This document shows, piece after piece, positions 1 through 12,560 of a DNA stretch of 64,000 nucleotides. A model generated the notes under the pieces. That model had not been told where the DNA came from. It ran no database searches and saw only the letters and a program-made list of their open reading frames with translations. Source of the DNA: the human T2T-CHM13v2.0 reference genome, Homo sapiens. Each line of letters starts with the position of its first letter. The first letter of the stretch is position 1. The DNA lies in assembly GCF_009914755.1 (NCBI RefSeq), contig NC_060930.1; one strand, given 5' to 3'. The position numbers and the translations under genes were made by a program.

Positions 1-429
1 TATGGTAATTTGTGTGGGGTAGGGGATGGAGGGTTCATTATCTTTAATAATCTCAAATATCCAGGTGGCATTGGAATTGGGAGTCTCAAAAAGCGAAGGA
101 GCATGGGGCATCAATTAAGCTGTGGTAAAACCAGCCAGTAACAGCTGGAGAGGATTGCATCTGATTGCAGCTGTGTAATCAGTTGTGAAGTGACAAGATA
201 GGATTTCTCATTAGTTAATAATGGGTACAAAAAAGGTCAAGAGCAGCAAGAGAAGAGACCTATTTTGGGCAAGGAGAAACATTTGCCTTAGAGTGACAGC
301 TCTGAAACAAAGCTCTATAGTTCTAAGCAACAAAACCAAACAAGAATAATTAGTGAGTATATAAACAACTTTTATGCTTTTGGAAATGCTATGTGTTTTT
401 CCTACCAAAAAAAGCATGTTTTATTTTAG

Positions 430-550
430 GAAATGAAAAATAATCCTGTGCATTTAATCACTGAAGAAGATCTGAAACAAATCTCCACTTTAGAAAGCGT
501 TAGTACAAGTAAAAAGGATAAAAAAGATGAGCGAAGAAGGAAAGCAACAG
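430..550 (+). CDS. UFL1: UFL1 internal coding exon ([17 protein letters not shown]...RRRKAT)
   Basis: Acceptor ttttag at 424-429, donor gtaata at 551; 121 nt; translation matches UFL1 as I recall it and splices in frame to 2791. Confidence 0.95.
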
Positions 551-859
551 GTAATAAATTGTTAACAAGGAATATTCAAAGTTTTGTATTTGTTGCAGTG
601 AACTTTGCATTTATCACATTTATTATGCCCTTTGAAAGGCCCTTTGTTTTATTGATTTACCTTTAAACAGCTAATATCAACCAAATATTTTGCTAATGTG
701 TTAAGTTTTATATATTAAAATGGAAATATTGGTGATTATGTTTTCTGTTTTCTTTTGTGAAAACTTTATTTTATCATCATGCTCATCTCTTGTTTTTCCC
801 CATCCTCTGTCTATGTTCCAGCCCAGTAGCCCTTTTTTGTTTTGTTTTGTTTTGTTTTG

Positions 860-1200
860 ATTCCTAAACTTGCCAGGGTCATATTCACCTCAAAGCTTTT
901 ACACCAACTGTTCCTTTTACCTGGAATGCCCTCTCCCAGACTGTAAGTAACTGGTGTATTCTTTTCATTCAGAGCTCGACTTTAAATGCCACTTCCTTAG
1001 AGAGGCCTCCTAACCCTTCGGAATAGTAGCCACAGTCACTCTCTGCCACCTCATTTTGTCAGTTTATTTGCATCACTTTATCACCATGATGTGTTTTATT
1101 GTTTGGGAACTGTGTTGATCTCATTTATTGTTGTACTCTTGCTACATACCCAAAGCACCACTTGATATATTTTAGGTGTCCTATAAACATACTAATTAAA
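860..1200 (+). mobile_element. L2 LINE 3' fragment
   Basis: ctgttccttttacctggaatgccctctcccaga ... aaatgccacttccttagagaggcct resembles the L2 3' consensus. Confidence 0.55.
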
Positions 1201-2790
1201 TGAAAAAATTTCTGAAGGACATATTTTTACATTTCTTTTTCTAATCTAAAGTCACTAGAAATTATTCTAGGTATCACTGATATGCTTGTAATTTGCAATG
1301 GAAAAGTAACATGTATTTCCATAGTTTTTATAGTAGGAACAGTGCTGTTAGTGCTTTGTCGGAACTGAAGAAATTCAATATTCAACATTTTTCATTAATA
1401 AATACACTTCTAATTCTTTGAGATAGTTTATTTCCTCTTCCAGAATCTTTTTCTTAAAACTTTTCAATGGCATTATGAAATTTCTCTATTCTTCCAGGAA
1501 AATTAATAAATTATACTTAAATCACAGTAATATTCATAGCTATGGATATTTTATCATATATTTGAAGATATAGTTATAAATTTGCCTTACTCAATTGATG
1601 ACTTATGTCAGTATAACTAGTCTATTTAATATTTTATTTCTTATTAAAAGTTAAGGGTCATTTGGTGTTTTATTTTCAGTGATAATGCTATTGTATTATA
1701 ATTGTTTAATTACAGTGTGTGGAATCATGTCAATCATGAATGTTCCCCCCCATAGGAAACTTATTGTCAAATATAAAAAGCATGTTCACTTTAGACTTAT
1801 ATTTTTGAAAATAGAATTTTTTTATTATAAAAGAAAGGGAAAAATAATAGAAGTTTAAATCTAGGATGTGATGAAATCTAAGGCAAATCTATTTAGAATT
1901 TAGAAAAAGATCTTTAGTAATCACTTTATTTTATTAAAAAGACTAATCTTTTACTTATTTTGAAGTAATATAATATAGTTGTAATATGTTCAATGGTTTA
2001 AACCCGTTATCAGTATTCCATTTTGTAGAGTAGATATTTTACATGTCAATATCAAAGAGCAGGGAAATGCTGAAGTAGTATTTTTTATTTTTATTTACAG
2101 TGTTTGCATTTGTTTCATAATTTGTTTTTTTAAGTCTATAGTCAATAGGTAATAATACTTTTATACTTAACCAATTAATATTCATGGTCAACATTTATGA
2201 AGCACGTGTTATGTGTCACGCATTTCTGTAAAGAATATATACATTAATGACACAATGATCCTTGCTCTTCAGAAGTTTATAATCTGTTTGAGTAGCAGAT
2301 GAGTCAGGATATCTCCTCTAAAAACAGGTAATAATCTTTCAACAAAGAAGGCAAAATAAGAATAATTAAATTTGTGAAGTCTTATAATAGAAGGTTATTG
2401 ATGAGGCTGTGGTAACACAGATGAGCAAAGGAGGACACATTTCTTTTGGGGAAGGTAGAAGAGGAGGTGAAGGAATGGATTTTTGTTAAGAAAATATTGA
2501 GAGTTACAGGAAAGAGGTGACGTTAGAGAAGGAGAAAGAGAATGCATTTAGAGCAGTCAGGCTATCTAAGGTAGATTGCTCAAAAGATTTCATATTTTAT
2601 TATTAATTTTTTATGTATTGGATTTACTAAACTTTTAATAGGGAACTCCAAATTTAAAAAGAGTCTAAAAGTTTCTTTATTTTGCCTTTATTTTTTCTGC
2701 TGTAAAGTTAAATACAACAATATAGTGTCATTATTTTATAAAAATGATGATTTAGTTAGGTAATGCTAACTAATGTCATTTTCCCACCAG

Positions 2791-2913
2791 AGGGCAGTGG
2801 AAGCATGAGAGGAGGAGGTGGGGGCAATGCCAGAGAGTACAAAATTAAAAAAGTCAAGAAGAAAGGAAGAAAAGATGATGATAGTGATGATGAATCTCAA
2901 TCATCCCACACTG
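2791..2913 (+). CDS. UFL1: UFL1 coding exon, disordered Gly/Lys/Asp-rich region ([40 protein letters not shown])
   Basis: caccag acceptor, gtaggt donor; 123 nt, phase 1-1. Counting back from a 794-aa protein puts the ESQ serine at S462, the known ATM site. The ORF track shows a different, spurious frame here. Confidence 0.95.
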
Positions 2914-3004
2914 GTAGGTAGCTTTTCTTTACTTTTCCTTGGTGTATGTGTGATATTTGTAACATATTTTCTTAAGATGTATATAATTAGGTATATATGC
3001 TAAT

Positions 3005-3990
3005 ACAGGAAGTCCTTATTTTGCAGTGTTTCAGTGACACAAATTTCAGTTACCACACTTTAGTTAAATGTTATCAGTCCAGTAACAACACTGTTTATCT
3101 TAAATATTAGATACAAAGATACTTCGGTATATTAACTGAGTATAGTATAAAGTAGCTCTTCAGTCCACAAATCAGTACATAAATAACAGATGCATATCAT
3201 GATCTGTGACAATCACACCACTTATTGTATAGTTTGTCAATGATTGGTCACTGCACATTGGTTATTCCTTATGCACAAACAACAAAGCATGTAGCTGTAT
3301 TGCCTAATTGTCTCCCAGTGATAAACGCTATGATATTTTACAGAAATGGATAATCAAAAAGAGAATTGGCCAACAAAGATAAAAGCGTAGCAAAGAAATG
3401 AAAAGTGATAACACTGAAAATAAAATTGGAATCAAGCATAAATGGAGTTATAGAGGGAATGGCTGACTGTGGGAATGTTGACACTGCCATTGCTCAAGAA
3501 AATGAGGAAAGTGGTTATGACAAAAAGGATGAAAACATCTTAGAGGATGTAAAGTGGGGAAAAACTTCACAATTCTTGGAGATATTCCAAGACATTGAAA
3601 AGGCAAGGGATAAAACATTGGAAGCTGATTCAGAGTTAGAAAGTGGTATGACAATTTATAAGGCATAGGAAAGGTACTTGGTCCATACTGCAAGTTAATT
3701 GATAATAAGAAGAAAGCAAGCACTGTTCAGACTATTCCTGATAAGTATTTTACACAGAAATAAAACACTTTCATTCTCCATGTTCTAATGTGTTAAAAAT
3801 ACAGCATATTAAATTATAAACATTAGTTTTATTTTTCATTTTCCTATACATTTATAACCAACAGTAAAAGCTTTTAATGTTTACCAAAAATTTTTAAAGG
3901 CCACAGAACAATTGTAATTTTTCCTATTGATTATTAAGAAAGCTTTGCATGGTTTCACCTTACCATGATCATTTTTATGGTCTTCCACTG
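3005..3990 (+). mobile_element. TcMar-Tigger DNA transposon (Tigger6-like), internally deleted
   Basis: Begins ta|caggaagtccttattttgca...aatttcagttaccac; degenerate inverted end near 3965-3990; decayed transposase N-terminus MDNQKRELANKDKSVAKK*KVITLKIKLE. Confidence 0.6.
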
Positions 3991-5717
3991 CCATGCAAAA
4001 CAAGTATTAGGATATTTTTGAAAAGTAGACTTGCAAATTTAAATAGGAAACATTAATTTTATGTACATTTTACTTTCATAGTAACACCTAACTGGTTGGT
4101 TGCTTATATCTAAGAGAGAGCATTAATTATATGCATCTTTCTTTTCCTAGACTTGCTAGTGCTTGGCCAAGAAAGTCTACAAGAGACATCTTTTGTTTTT
4201 CTAATTAAAATTATGATATTTTTAATTTTTCTGTTTAAAAAAGGTAAACTTAATGAAACCATGATACTGCCCTCTTCCTTATCCCCAGCAAAATGAAAAT
4301 TAAAAAAAAAAACTTTAAATGATAATAGATTGAGATTTATATTTTTCCTCTTTCACAGAATTCATTACATACGGGCTATAGCTGGAAGATGTAGATATCA
4401 AGTGATGTGCCTGCAGCTATTAATGTTCTACTTGCTATTTGTAATAGCACAGTTGTTTAAGATTTGTCTTTAAAGTATTCTGAGATAGGTAGAAATAACT
4501 ACTGTTCTTCATGTATGTAAAACAACGTTAATTAAAGGAAAAGTATCTTTATAGGAACTACTAGCTTTATCCTTATTTCAAATAGGATTAAGACTATCCA
4601 TTGTGAATTTTAATTTTTCACTGGTAAATGGATTTTCCTGTTGCCCAGGTGTACTAGGCATGTGGGTGAAGAGGCATTACAAGAAAACACTTCTCTAATA
4701 TCTGTAATCTTAAATAATGGTTAAATGAGGCATGTGATATTCCTTTTGTGAATAGATTATTATTGAAAGGAGCTATAAAAGTAGTAAAACCATTCTACCT
4801 TTAAAAATATAATTTCAATGCTTTTGAAAAAAAATTTATGTTGTAATCTCTGAAATAGAGGATGAAATTGGGTTCTCAGCTAAAATATAGGATCAACTCA
4901 GTATGAAAGATTACTAGAAGAAAATATAATTTAATAACTTTGAAAATGCATAAAGGAAGTAAACAGGGAAATCATAGATCATTTAATGTGAACATTAGGA
5001 ATGGACAGCAGATCCCAGAAGATAATAGTACTGTCTGTCTACTCTAAAGCTAGCATGTCAACTCCTTAGATTTTTATTTATAGTGAAAATTGATTTTTGA
5101 GCCATTTTATTTTTATTTGTAAAGTTTTTGCTTATAGAATCAATAACTTAATTAAGCTAGAAATAATCACTTTTATACCTTTACAATTTCTAATGGAAAT
5201 ATTGTTAGCTTTTTTTGTCTACAACCCATGCTTTCCTAAGTAAATGGGTAGGCATGACATTTGCACAGTTAGCTATTATTTTCATTACAGTAGCTGCATA
5301 CAAACTTTCCTGACTATAGACTTATTTTTGTGAGAGCAAAAATAAATTATAGAATTCTGAGATTTTTTTTTAATCTATGCCTTTTCCAAAAGATACATTT
5401 TAGCTTAAACAATTATTTGAATTGTGATTCACATGATTATAAAGACTTTCCAAAGATCTTATTTAGATTATAAGGATTATTTAATTTCTAATAAATTTAT
5501 ATTTTTATAAAGGAGGAAAAACTGCCCGGTATTCCTTGTTCAACAAAGATAAATTATTCTTTCCTTAAAAATTTGTTTTGAAATACTTGTTTTGATTTCC
5601 AGCTATTTGTATCATCCAGGTTTAACAAAGGGGAAAACTCTTTATTATTTTCTGATTGACTTATAGAAAATAATCAGTTTTAAATGAAGTTAGAAAATGA
5701 TCACATAAGAAATTTTA

Positions 5718-7870
5718 CCACTTCATGATAAAAATCTTCAGAAAACTAGGCATCAAAGGAACATACCTCAAAATAATAAGAGCTACTTAACGACAAACCC
5801 ACAACAGCATCATACTGAGTGGAGAAAAATTGATAGAGCCATTAAGAACTGGAACAAGGCAAAGGATGTCTACTCTCACCACTCCTATTCAACGTAGTAC
5901 TAGAAATCCTAGCCAGAGCAGTCAGGCAAAAGAAAGAAATAAAAGCATCCATATTGGAAAAGAGGAAGTCAGATTATCTCTGTTCTCTGATGACACGATC
6001 ATATACCTAGAAAGCCATAAAGACTCCTCCAAAGACTCCTGGTCTTGATAAATGACTTCAGTAAAATATCAGGATACAAAATGAGTATACAAAAATTAGT
6101 AGCATTTCTATACATCAGTGTCTTTCAAGCTGAGAACCAAATCAAGAACTCAGTCTTATTTTTAATAGCTACAAAAAAAAAAAAAAACTAGGAATACATT
6201 TTACCAAAGAAATAGAAGATCTCTACAAAGGTAACTACAAAACACTGATGAAAGAAATCGTAGATGACACAAACAAATAGAAAGACACCCCAGGCTCATG
6301 GATTAGAAGAATCAATATTGTTAAAATGACCATACTCCCCAGAGCAGTCTACAGATTCAGTGCAATCTTTATCAAAAACAAACATCATTTTTCACAGAAT
6401 TAGAAAAATACACTCCTAAAGTTGATATGGAACCAAAAGAGAGCCTGAATAGCCAAAGTATCCTAAGCAAAAAGAACAAATATGGAGGCATCATATTGTC
6501 TGACTTCAAATTATACTACAAGGCTATAGTAACCAAAACAACATGGTACTGCTAGAAAAATGGACACATAGATCATTGGAACAGAATACACAACCCAGAA
6601 ATAAAGCCACATATCTACAACCAACTGATCTTGGACAGGGTCGACAAAAATAAACAATGGGGAAAGGACACCCTATTCAATAAATGGTTCTGGGAAGAAC
6701 GAAACTGTATCCTATCTCGTCATACACAAAAATCAACTTTAGGTGGAGTAAATATTTAGAATGTAAGACATGAAACTGTAAAAATCCTAGAAGAAAACCT
6801 AGGAAAAAATCTTCTGGACATTGGCCTAGGCAAAGAATTTATGATAAAAATCCCAAAAGCAAATGCACCAAAACCAAAAATTGACACATAGGACTTAATT
6901 AAACTAAAAAGTTTCTGCACAGCAAAATAAATAATTACAACAGAGTAAATAGCCTTCAGAATGGGAGAAAATATATGCGAATTATGCTTCTGACAAAGGA
7001 CTAATATCTAGAGTCTACGAAGAACTCAACAAGAAGAAGCCCCATTGAAAACTGAGCAAAGGATATGAACAGATACTTCTCAAAAGAAGAAATACAAGCA
7101 GCCAACGAACACATGAATAAATGTTCAACATCACTAATCAGAGAAATGCAAACTAAAACCACAATATATCATCATACACCAGTCAGAATGGCTATTACTA
7201 AAAAGTCAAAAAACAACAGATGTTAGTGTTGATGTGGGGAAAAGGGAATGGTTATACACAGTTGGAGAGAATGTAAATTAGTTCAACCTCTATGGAAAAC
7301 AGTATGGAGATTTCTCAAAGAACTAAAATTAGAACTACTATTTGACCCAGCAATCCCACTGCTGGGTTTCTACCCAAAGGAAATGAAATTATTATATTGA
7401 AAAGACACATATACTCTTATGTTCTTTGAGGCATTATTCACGATAGCAAAGTCATAGAACCAGCCTAAGTGTCCACCAATGATTGACTGGATTAAGAAAA
7501 TGTGGTGTATACCATGGAATACAATGTAGCCATTAAAAACAATAAAATGATGTCCTTTGCAGCAACGTGGTTGGAACTTGAGGCCATTACTCTAAGTGAG
7601 CTAACTCAGAAACAAAACAAAATACCACATGTTCTCACTTATAAATGGGAGCTAAACAATGGGCACACATGGAAAATAATAGAAGAACTCCGAAAGAAGG
7701 GAAGTTGGGGGGGGGCGGTATGTGGGCAGGGCAAGGGTTAAAAAAATTACCTAATAGGTACAATGTTCACTCTTTGGTTAATGGGTACAGTAGTAGCCCA
7801 GTCCCTGCCAGTATGTCTTGTATTCATGTAACAAGCATGCATACGAAGCCCCTGAATATAAAATAAAATA
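5718..7870 (+). mobile_element. 5'-truncated L1 (L1PB/L1MA-type): 3' part of ORF2 plus 3' UTR, sense to UFL1
   Basis: Typical ORF2 nucleotide motifs (ggaacaaggcaaaggatg, gacttcaaattatactacaaggct, gacccagcaatcccact) with many stops; A-rich end at ~7860. Confidence 0.9.
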
Positions 7871-8061
7871 TTTTTTAAAAAGAGGTTTTATTATATATCC
7901 TAATTTCAAAATTGTTTTTACTAGTTGTTGCTATTTGACATTAACAATTGAGTAATGAATGAATTATTGTCTTACTAAATATAGTAATGGAGCCCTATTT
8001 GCCATTTGGTTGCATGTTTTTTATTTATTTATTTATTTGCCATTGCTCATGTCCGATATAG

Positions 8062-8179
8062 GAAAGAAGAAGCCAGAGATCAGTTTTATGTTCCAGGATG
8101 AGATTGAAGATTTTTTAAGAAAACACATACAAGATGCCCCTGAGGAGTTTATTTCGGAACTTGCTGAGTACTTAATAAA
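8062..8179 (+). CDS. UFL1: UFL1 coding exon ([40 protein letters not shown]), ending at a GC donor
   Basis: atag acceptor at 8058-8061. Frame continuity with the next exon (AA|A CCT = K-P) requires the donor AA|gcaagt at 8180; 118 nt. Confidence 0.92.
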
Positions 8180-9309
8180 GCAAGTATAAAATGTATTTTT
8201 TCTGTTTTATGGTAGAAATTAAATGGGTTATTAAATAAGATTTTTTCCAAGATCATAGAAAGCAAATGTATTAGATATTTTCATTTCAAACTTGGAATTT
8301 AACCTAGCCACCAAATTCCAGATTTTATTTGCCTACAGTGGCAGTTTAATTCAACAAATATTTGTTAGGTGCTTTGGGTAAAGCAGTATGGGAAATAAAA
8401 GGCAGGAGCGAGAAAGTGTCCTCACTCACCCATCTTACAGTCATAGGTCTTGGTTGGGGAGAAAAAGACCGGCATTAACCACTGGCTGGTCTCTTCTATA
8501 GCACAAAAAATAACATTCAAAAGGAAGAAAAGATAATTTTCTATTTTAATTTGGCAGAAAGTAAACAGTGTTTAAGGAGAATATAGAGTAACAAATTCAC
8601 TTCAAAAAGAATAAATTTAGGCACTCCTACCTTATGAATGGCTAAGGGTATTTTTATATAAAAATGAAGAAAATTATGTATAACTTGACCATTAGTAACT
8701 AACTAACCTGGTCATCCCTCAAGTTAGTTTCACTGTGTACGCTTTCATAAATACAATCCAGGAGAGCAGTGTATCTAACTTTGATTTTAGAAATATAACT
8801 TCTGTGGTGATAATTTTTTTAATATAAATATTTTTTGTGCATAAATGTATTACAAAATTATAGTTTTCACATGTAAAAAAATGAAATAGTTACTACTAAT
8901 CATTTTGCACTGCTTTTTAGGCATAAAAAGGTTTTTTTAAATGTATTTTAATATTTTAGAAATTGAGAATTTTAAGTTGTAATTCCTGAAGATGAAGAAC
9001 AGATTTATAGTCTACTAGTCTCCAAATTAATTTTAAAAAGCAATTTTGAATTATGGGGGTTTTGTTATTCTTGGTGTCTTAATTGCAGTAACTTTGAATA
9101 CTTTAAAATAGAGAAAATTAATCTATTTCTGTCTTAATTCCTAGGGTTGTGGAACAAATTGTTAGTGAACTTGTCTCCAAATTAATTTTATTTGCATAAA
9201 AAAATAGAGATTTCTATTCTTAAGCCTTATTTCCATAGAAACAAAATTCCTTATCTATATAAATACTCAGTACATTTTAATAAACTAAATATATTTGTCT
9301 TATGCACAG

Positions 9310-9476
9310 ACCTCTTAATAAAACTTATCTCGAGGTGGTACGTTCAGTATTCATGTCTTCAACAACTTCTGCTTCTGGGACGGGCAGAAAACGCACAATC
9401 AAGGACTTGCAAGAAGAAGTTTCAAACCTGTACAATAACATTAGGTTATTTGAAAAAGGGATGAAGTTTTTTGCAG
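9310..9476 (+). CDS. UFL1: UFL1 coding exon ([14 protein letters not shown]...EKGMKFFA)
   Basis: cacag acceptor, gtatac donor; 167 nt; in frame with both neighbours. Confidence 0.95.
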
Positions 9477-9566
9477 GTATACTTAATCTTTGTTAATCTT
9501 GTTTTTTCATTGATTTTCATAATTTGGGGAATAAATTAGTTTTAATAAAGGTCCTTTATTTTCCAG

Positions 9567-9697
9567 ATGACACACAGGCTGCTCTTACCAAACACTTGCT
9601 GAAGTCAGTGTGTACTGATATCACTAACCTCATTTTCAACTTCTTAGCTTCGGATTTAATGATGGCAGTAGACGATCCTGCAGCCATTACAAGTGAA
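9567..9697 (+). CDS. UFL1: UFL1 coding exon ([15 protein letters not shown]...PAAITSE)
   Basis: ttccag acceptor after a 90-nt intron, gtatgt donor; 131 nt. Confidence 0.95.
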
Positions 9698-10194
9698 GTA
9701 TGTTAATGATCTCCCTACCACTATTGATGTGTTCTGTTTTGCATCTATACACATTTTATTTTATCTTATTTGGAGTAAAGAGGAAAATAAAATACAGTGA
9801 AAGAGGTTTGAGGAAAAAAATCTAAAAGTTTTTTATTCAACTTTAGTACTATATATACAGTTGCTAGCAGGATTGGTAGTATAACTAGTCTGTTAAAAGT
9901 AATGATGCTTAATTACTTTAGAATAAACAGTTTTTTCCCTAATTATTATGTCACATTCCCTCTTCCTAATGACTGGCAAATCCCATAACATTCTGACCCA
10001 TTTCCATAACTTTGAAGTTATTTTCCTTTAAGGACATCTCATTTCAATATTTAGACTAATTCCAATTAATTTTTTAAAACTCTAATCTCAAACTAAATTC
10101 AAAAGCTCATCTCCTCCCTTCTTGCTATGTAATGTAGAGAATGGCTCCCAGTTGCCTAGAGGAAGAAAGGTGCCATCTATCCCAAGATGACAAC

Positions 10195-10295
10195 CCCTCC
10201 TTCTCCTTCTCTTTCTTCTCTGTCCTCCTCCCACCTTCTCTACCTCCTCTTCCTCCTCCTCTTTCCTGTTCTTCTTCCTTCTTCCTCACCTCTCT
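10195..10295. repeat. CT-rich low-complexity tract
   Basis: Pyrimidine-rich (tcc/ttc)n; source of the spurious ORFs at 10125-10388 and 10141-10350. Confidence 0.8.
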
Positions 10296-11330
10296 AGGTC
10301 CACTTCGAGTTGGAGATTTAGGAAAAATGAGGCAGGAAAAAGCGTCTTGATGTGACTGACTACATGTCACTGCTTTGATCAAGGTCAAACCAAATCAGTC
10401 TGATGTTTGTGGTCTTTGGTGATGTAGTTAGTCATTGCCTCATAGGCGATATAAGTTGTTTCCCTGGAATGTTGTTTAGTTTCATGTGACTTCTCACAGT
10501 AAGGACCATCCCTCAAACAGAGGAACAGTTATTTCTTCCTCCTTCCCCAGCAAGGTGCTGGCCCCCTTCCCTTCTTCTGCTTAAGAAGCAAATCCCCAGT
10601 TGTCTAGACAGTTTCATGTCTCCTGCCCTTATACCAATCTCTGCTATGGAAAATACAGAATATCTTGTTCCATGCCCTTTAAGGGCCACAGAAGGATTGG
10701 TGTGGGATTGGGGCAGAGAGGCTAGACAGGAGCAACTAGCCCTTAATCTTCCCAGACATTATACACTTCAGGGCCTGGTGTCAAGCCATACTAGCAAGTC
10801 TGCTCCAAAATTTTATGCCAGAAGAAACTAAAAGACTCTGATCAAGAATACCATAAAACTTCAGTGGACACTTACATGTAGAGAGAGGTGCTGAAAAGAT
10901 TCCTCATACCATAGAGCATAACAAGCATCCAGCCATGAACAAGAGCTCAGCCTCCCATCTTGTAGGCATCCTTGATCTTTATGAGTGGGGCCCTTCACAG
11001 CTGGCACTGGGTAGAGAAAAACACCCTCTTCCTACTCTAATGGAAGAATTAGCCTCTTAACCCAAATATTCTGTTTCTCACAAGGTCAACGACTCTCTCT
11101 AGTCTTTCTCTTACATTGATGGAGCAGGTGGGAGGAGCAGGGCTGTATCTATCCTGTTTGGCTGATTGGCTATTGACTCTAATAATGTTTTTGTCTCTAA
11201 TTTGAGATCTAAAATTCAAGAATATGGTAAATTCCACTCAGCAACTTGTTACAGTATTTTTTTCACTTTATCTTATATCCATTGCATGTCAAAAGCACAG
11301 TACTGAATGAATTTTCATTTACCCCTACAG

Positions 11331-11411
11331 ATAAGAAAGAAAATTTTAAGTAAATTATCAGAAGAAACCAAAGTAGCTCTTACAAAACTCCATAACTCTC
11401 TGAATGAAAAG
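11331..11411 (+). CDS. UFL1: UFL1 coding exon ([27 protein letters not shown])
   Basis: ctacag acceptor, gtaagt donor; 81 nt, phase 0-0. Confidence 0.95.
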
Positions 11412-11735
11412 GTAAGTAAAGTTTTATTCTATTTACATGTCAGGGCTAGCAGTTTGTTACAAAGATCTTTGAGTAGATTTTTTTATCAGAGTAATTGTAA
11501 ATCCAATCTAAAACTAGTATTTTGCACTCAGCTGCCTCTTTGAAATGAGAAGAGAAGACCAAGCTGCTGGCATTTTACCATTGTTAGTTCTATATCACAA
11601 TTTCTAACTTAATGAGAAAGTGACCCTTTTAAAAATTGTATTTGGGATGTAAAATTACAAAACAGTTGTTAAATGGCTATACTTCCTTATGCAGTTATAT
11701 ATAAAAGTAAATTATGGTATTCAATGCCTTTTCAG

Positions 11736-11821
11736 AGCATAGAAGATTTTATTTCTTGTCTGGATTCTGCAGCAGAAGCTTGTGATATTATGGTGAAAAG
11801 GGGAGACAAAAAAAGGGAAAG
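11736..11821 (+). CDS. UFL1: UFL1 coding exon ([29 protein letters not shown])
   Basis: tttcag acceptor, gtaaca donor; 86 nt; absent from the ORF track but read directly and in frame. Confidence 0.95.
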
Positions 11822-12379
11822 GTAACATTAAATTAATCTATATTTGGAAATGTTCTTAAATGTGGAGCCTTTCATATCTGAAATTTGAATTTGACTGCCC
11901 GGCTCTTACACAGAGAATATGTACCTAATGTGTCTAATATATCTAAATGGCTGTAGACCTTCAAGAATATTCAAAGTCTTAAAATAGTTAGATATTTCTC
12001 TCTGACCCTCTGGATCAAGTAGCAGAGTTTCTTTATCCTATAGTTCATCAAGCCCAGGAACTTTTTATTAGCTTGGGGACTTTCCTTACAGGAAACCTTA
12101 CCTAATCAGTGCAAATTTGTTTGACCTCCAGCAACTCAAAACAAAAAACATACTTTGAGTATTCCCACTCTATAGCTTTTTCTTTAATTTTGTAGCACAC
12201 TAATCTATCCATGCCATTTAGGTTTTATGTGTGTATATCCCATATTGAAAAGTTACCTTAAATTTTTATGGAATTAGATAAACTAGAGAAGCTAAAAATT
12301 AACAGAAAGGGATGAATTGAAATTGGTGAGAACTTCTTAAATTATGATAATGAATTTGTGTGCTTTTTTTTTTTTTTAG

Positions 12380-12560
12380 ACAGATACTGTTCCAACATCG
12401 ACAAGCACTGGCTGAACAGCTAAAGGTCACAGAAGACCCTGCTCTTATTCTGCACCTCACATCAGTCCTGTTGTTTCAGTTTTCAACCCACAGCATGCTC
12501 CATGCACCTGGAAGATGTGTCCCACAGATCATTGCTTTTCTTAATAGTAAAATTCCAGAG
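12380..12560 (+). CDS. UFL1: UFL1 penultimate coding exon ([16 protein letters not shown]...NSKIPE)
   Basis: Poly-T tract then ag acceptor, gtatta donor; 181 nt. Confidence 0.95.

Noticed and set aside
2914-2923. Tandem donor GTAG-GTAG after the UFL1 exon
   Set aside because: A common 4-nt-shift configuration; the distal site would frameshift and there is no evidence it is used.
9477-9566. 90-nt intron (a multiple of 3) as a possible in-frame retained intron
   Set aside because: It contains an in-frame TAA at 9494-9496.
10300-11200. GC-richer island in a UFL1 intron
   Set aside because: Probably an old LTR-type repeat, but I cannot assign it; no ORF or structure supports another call.
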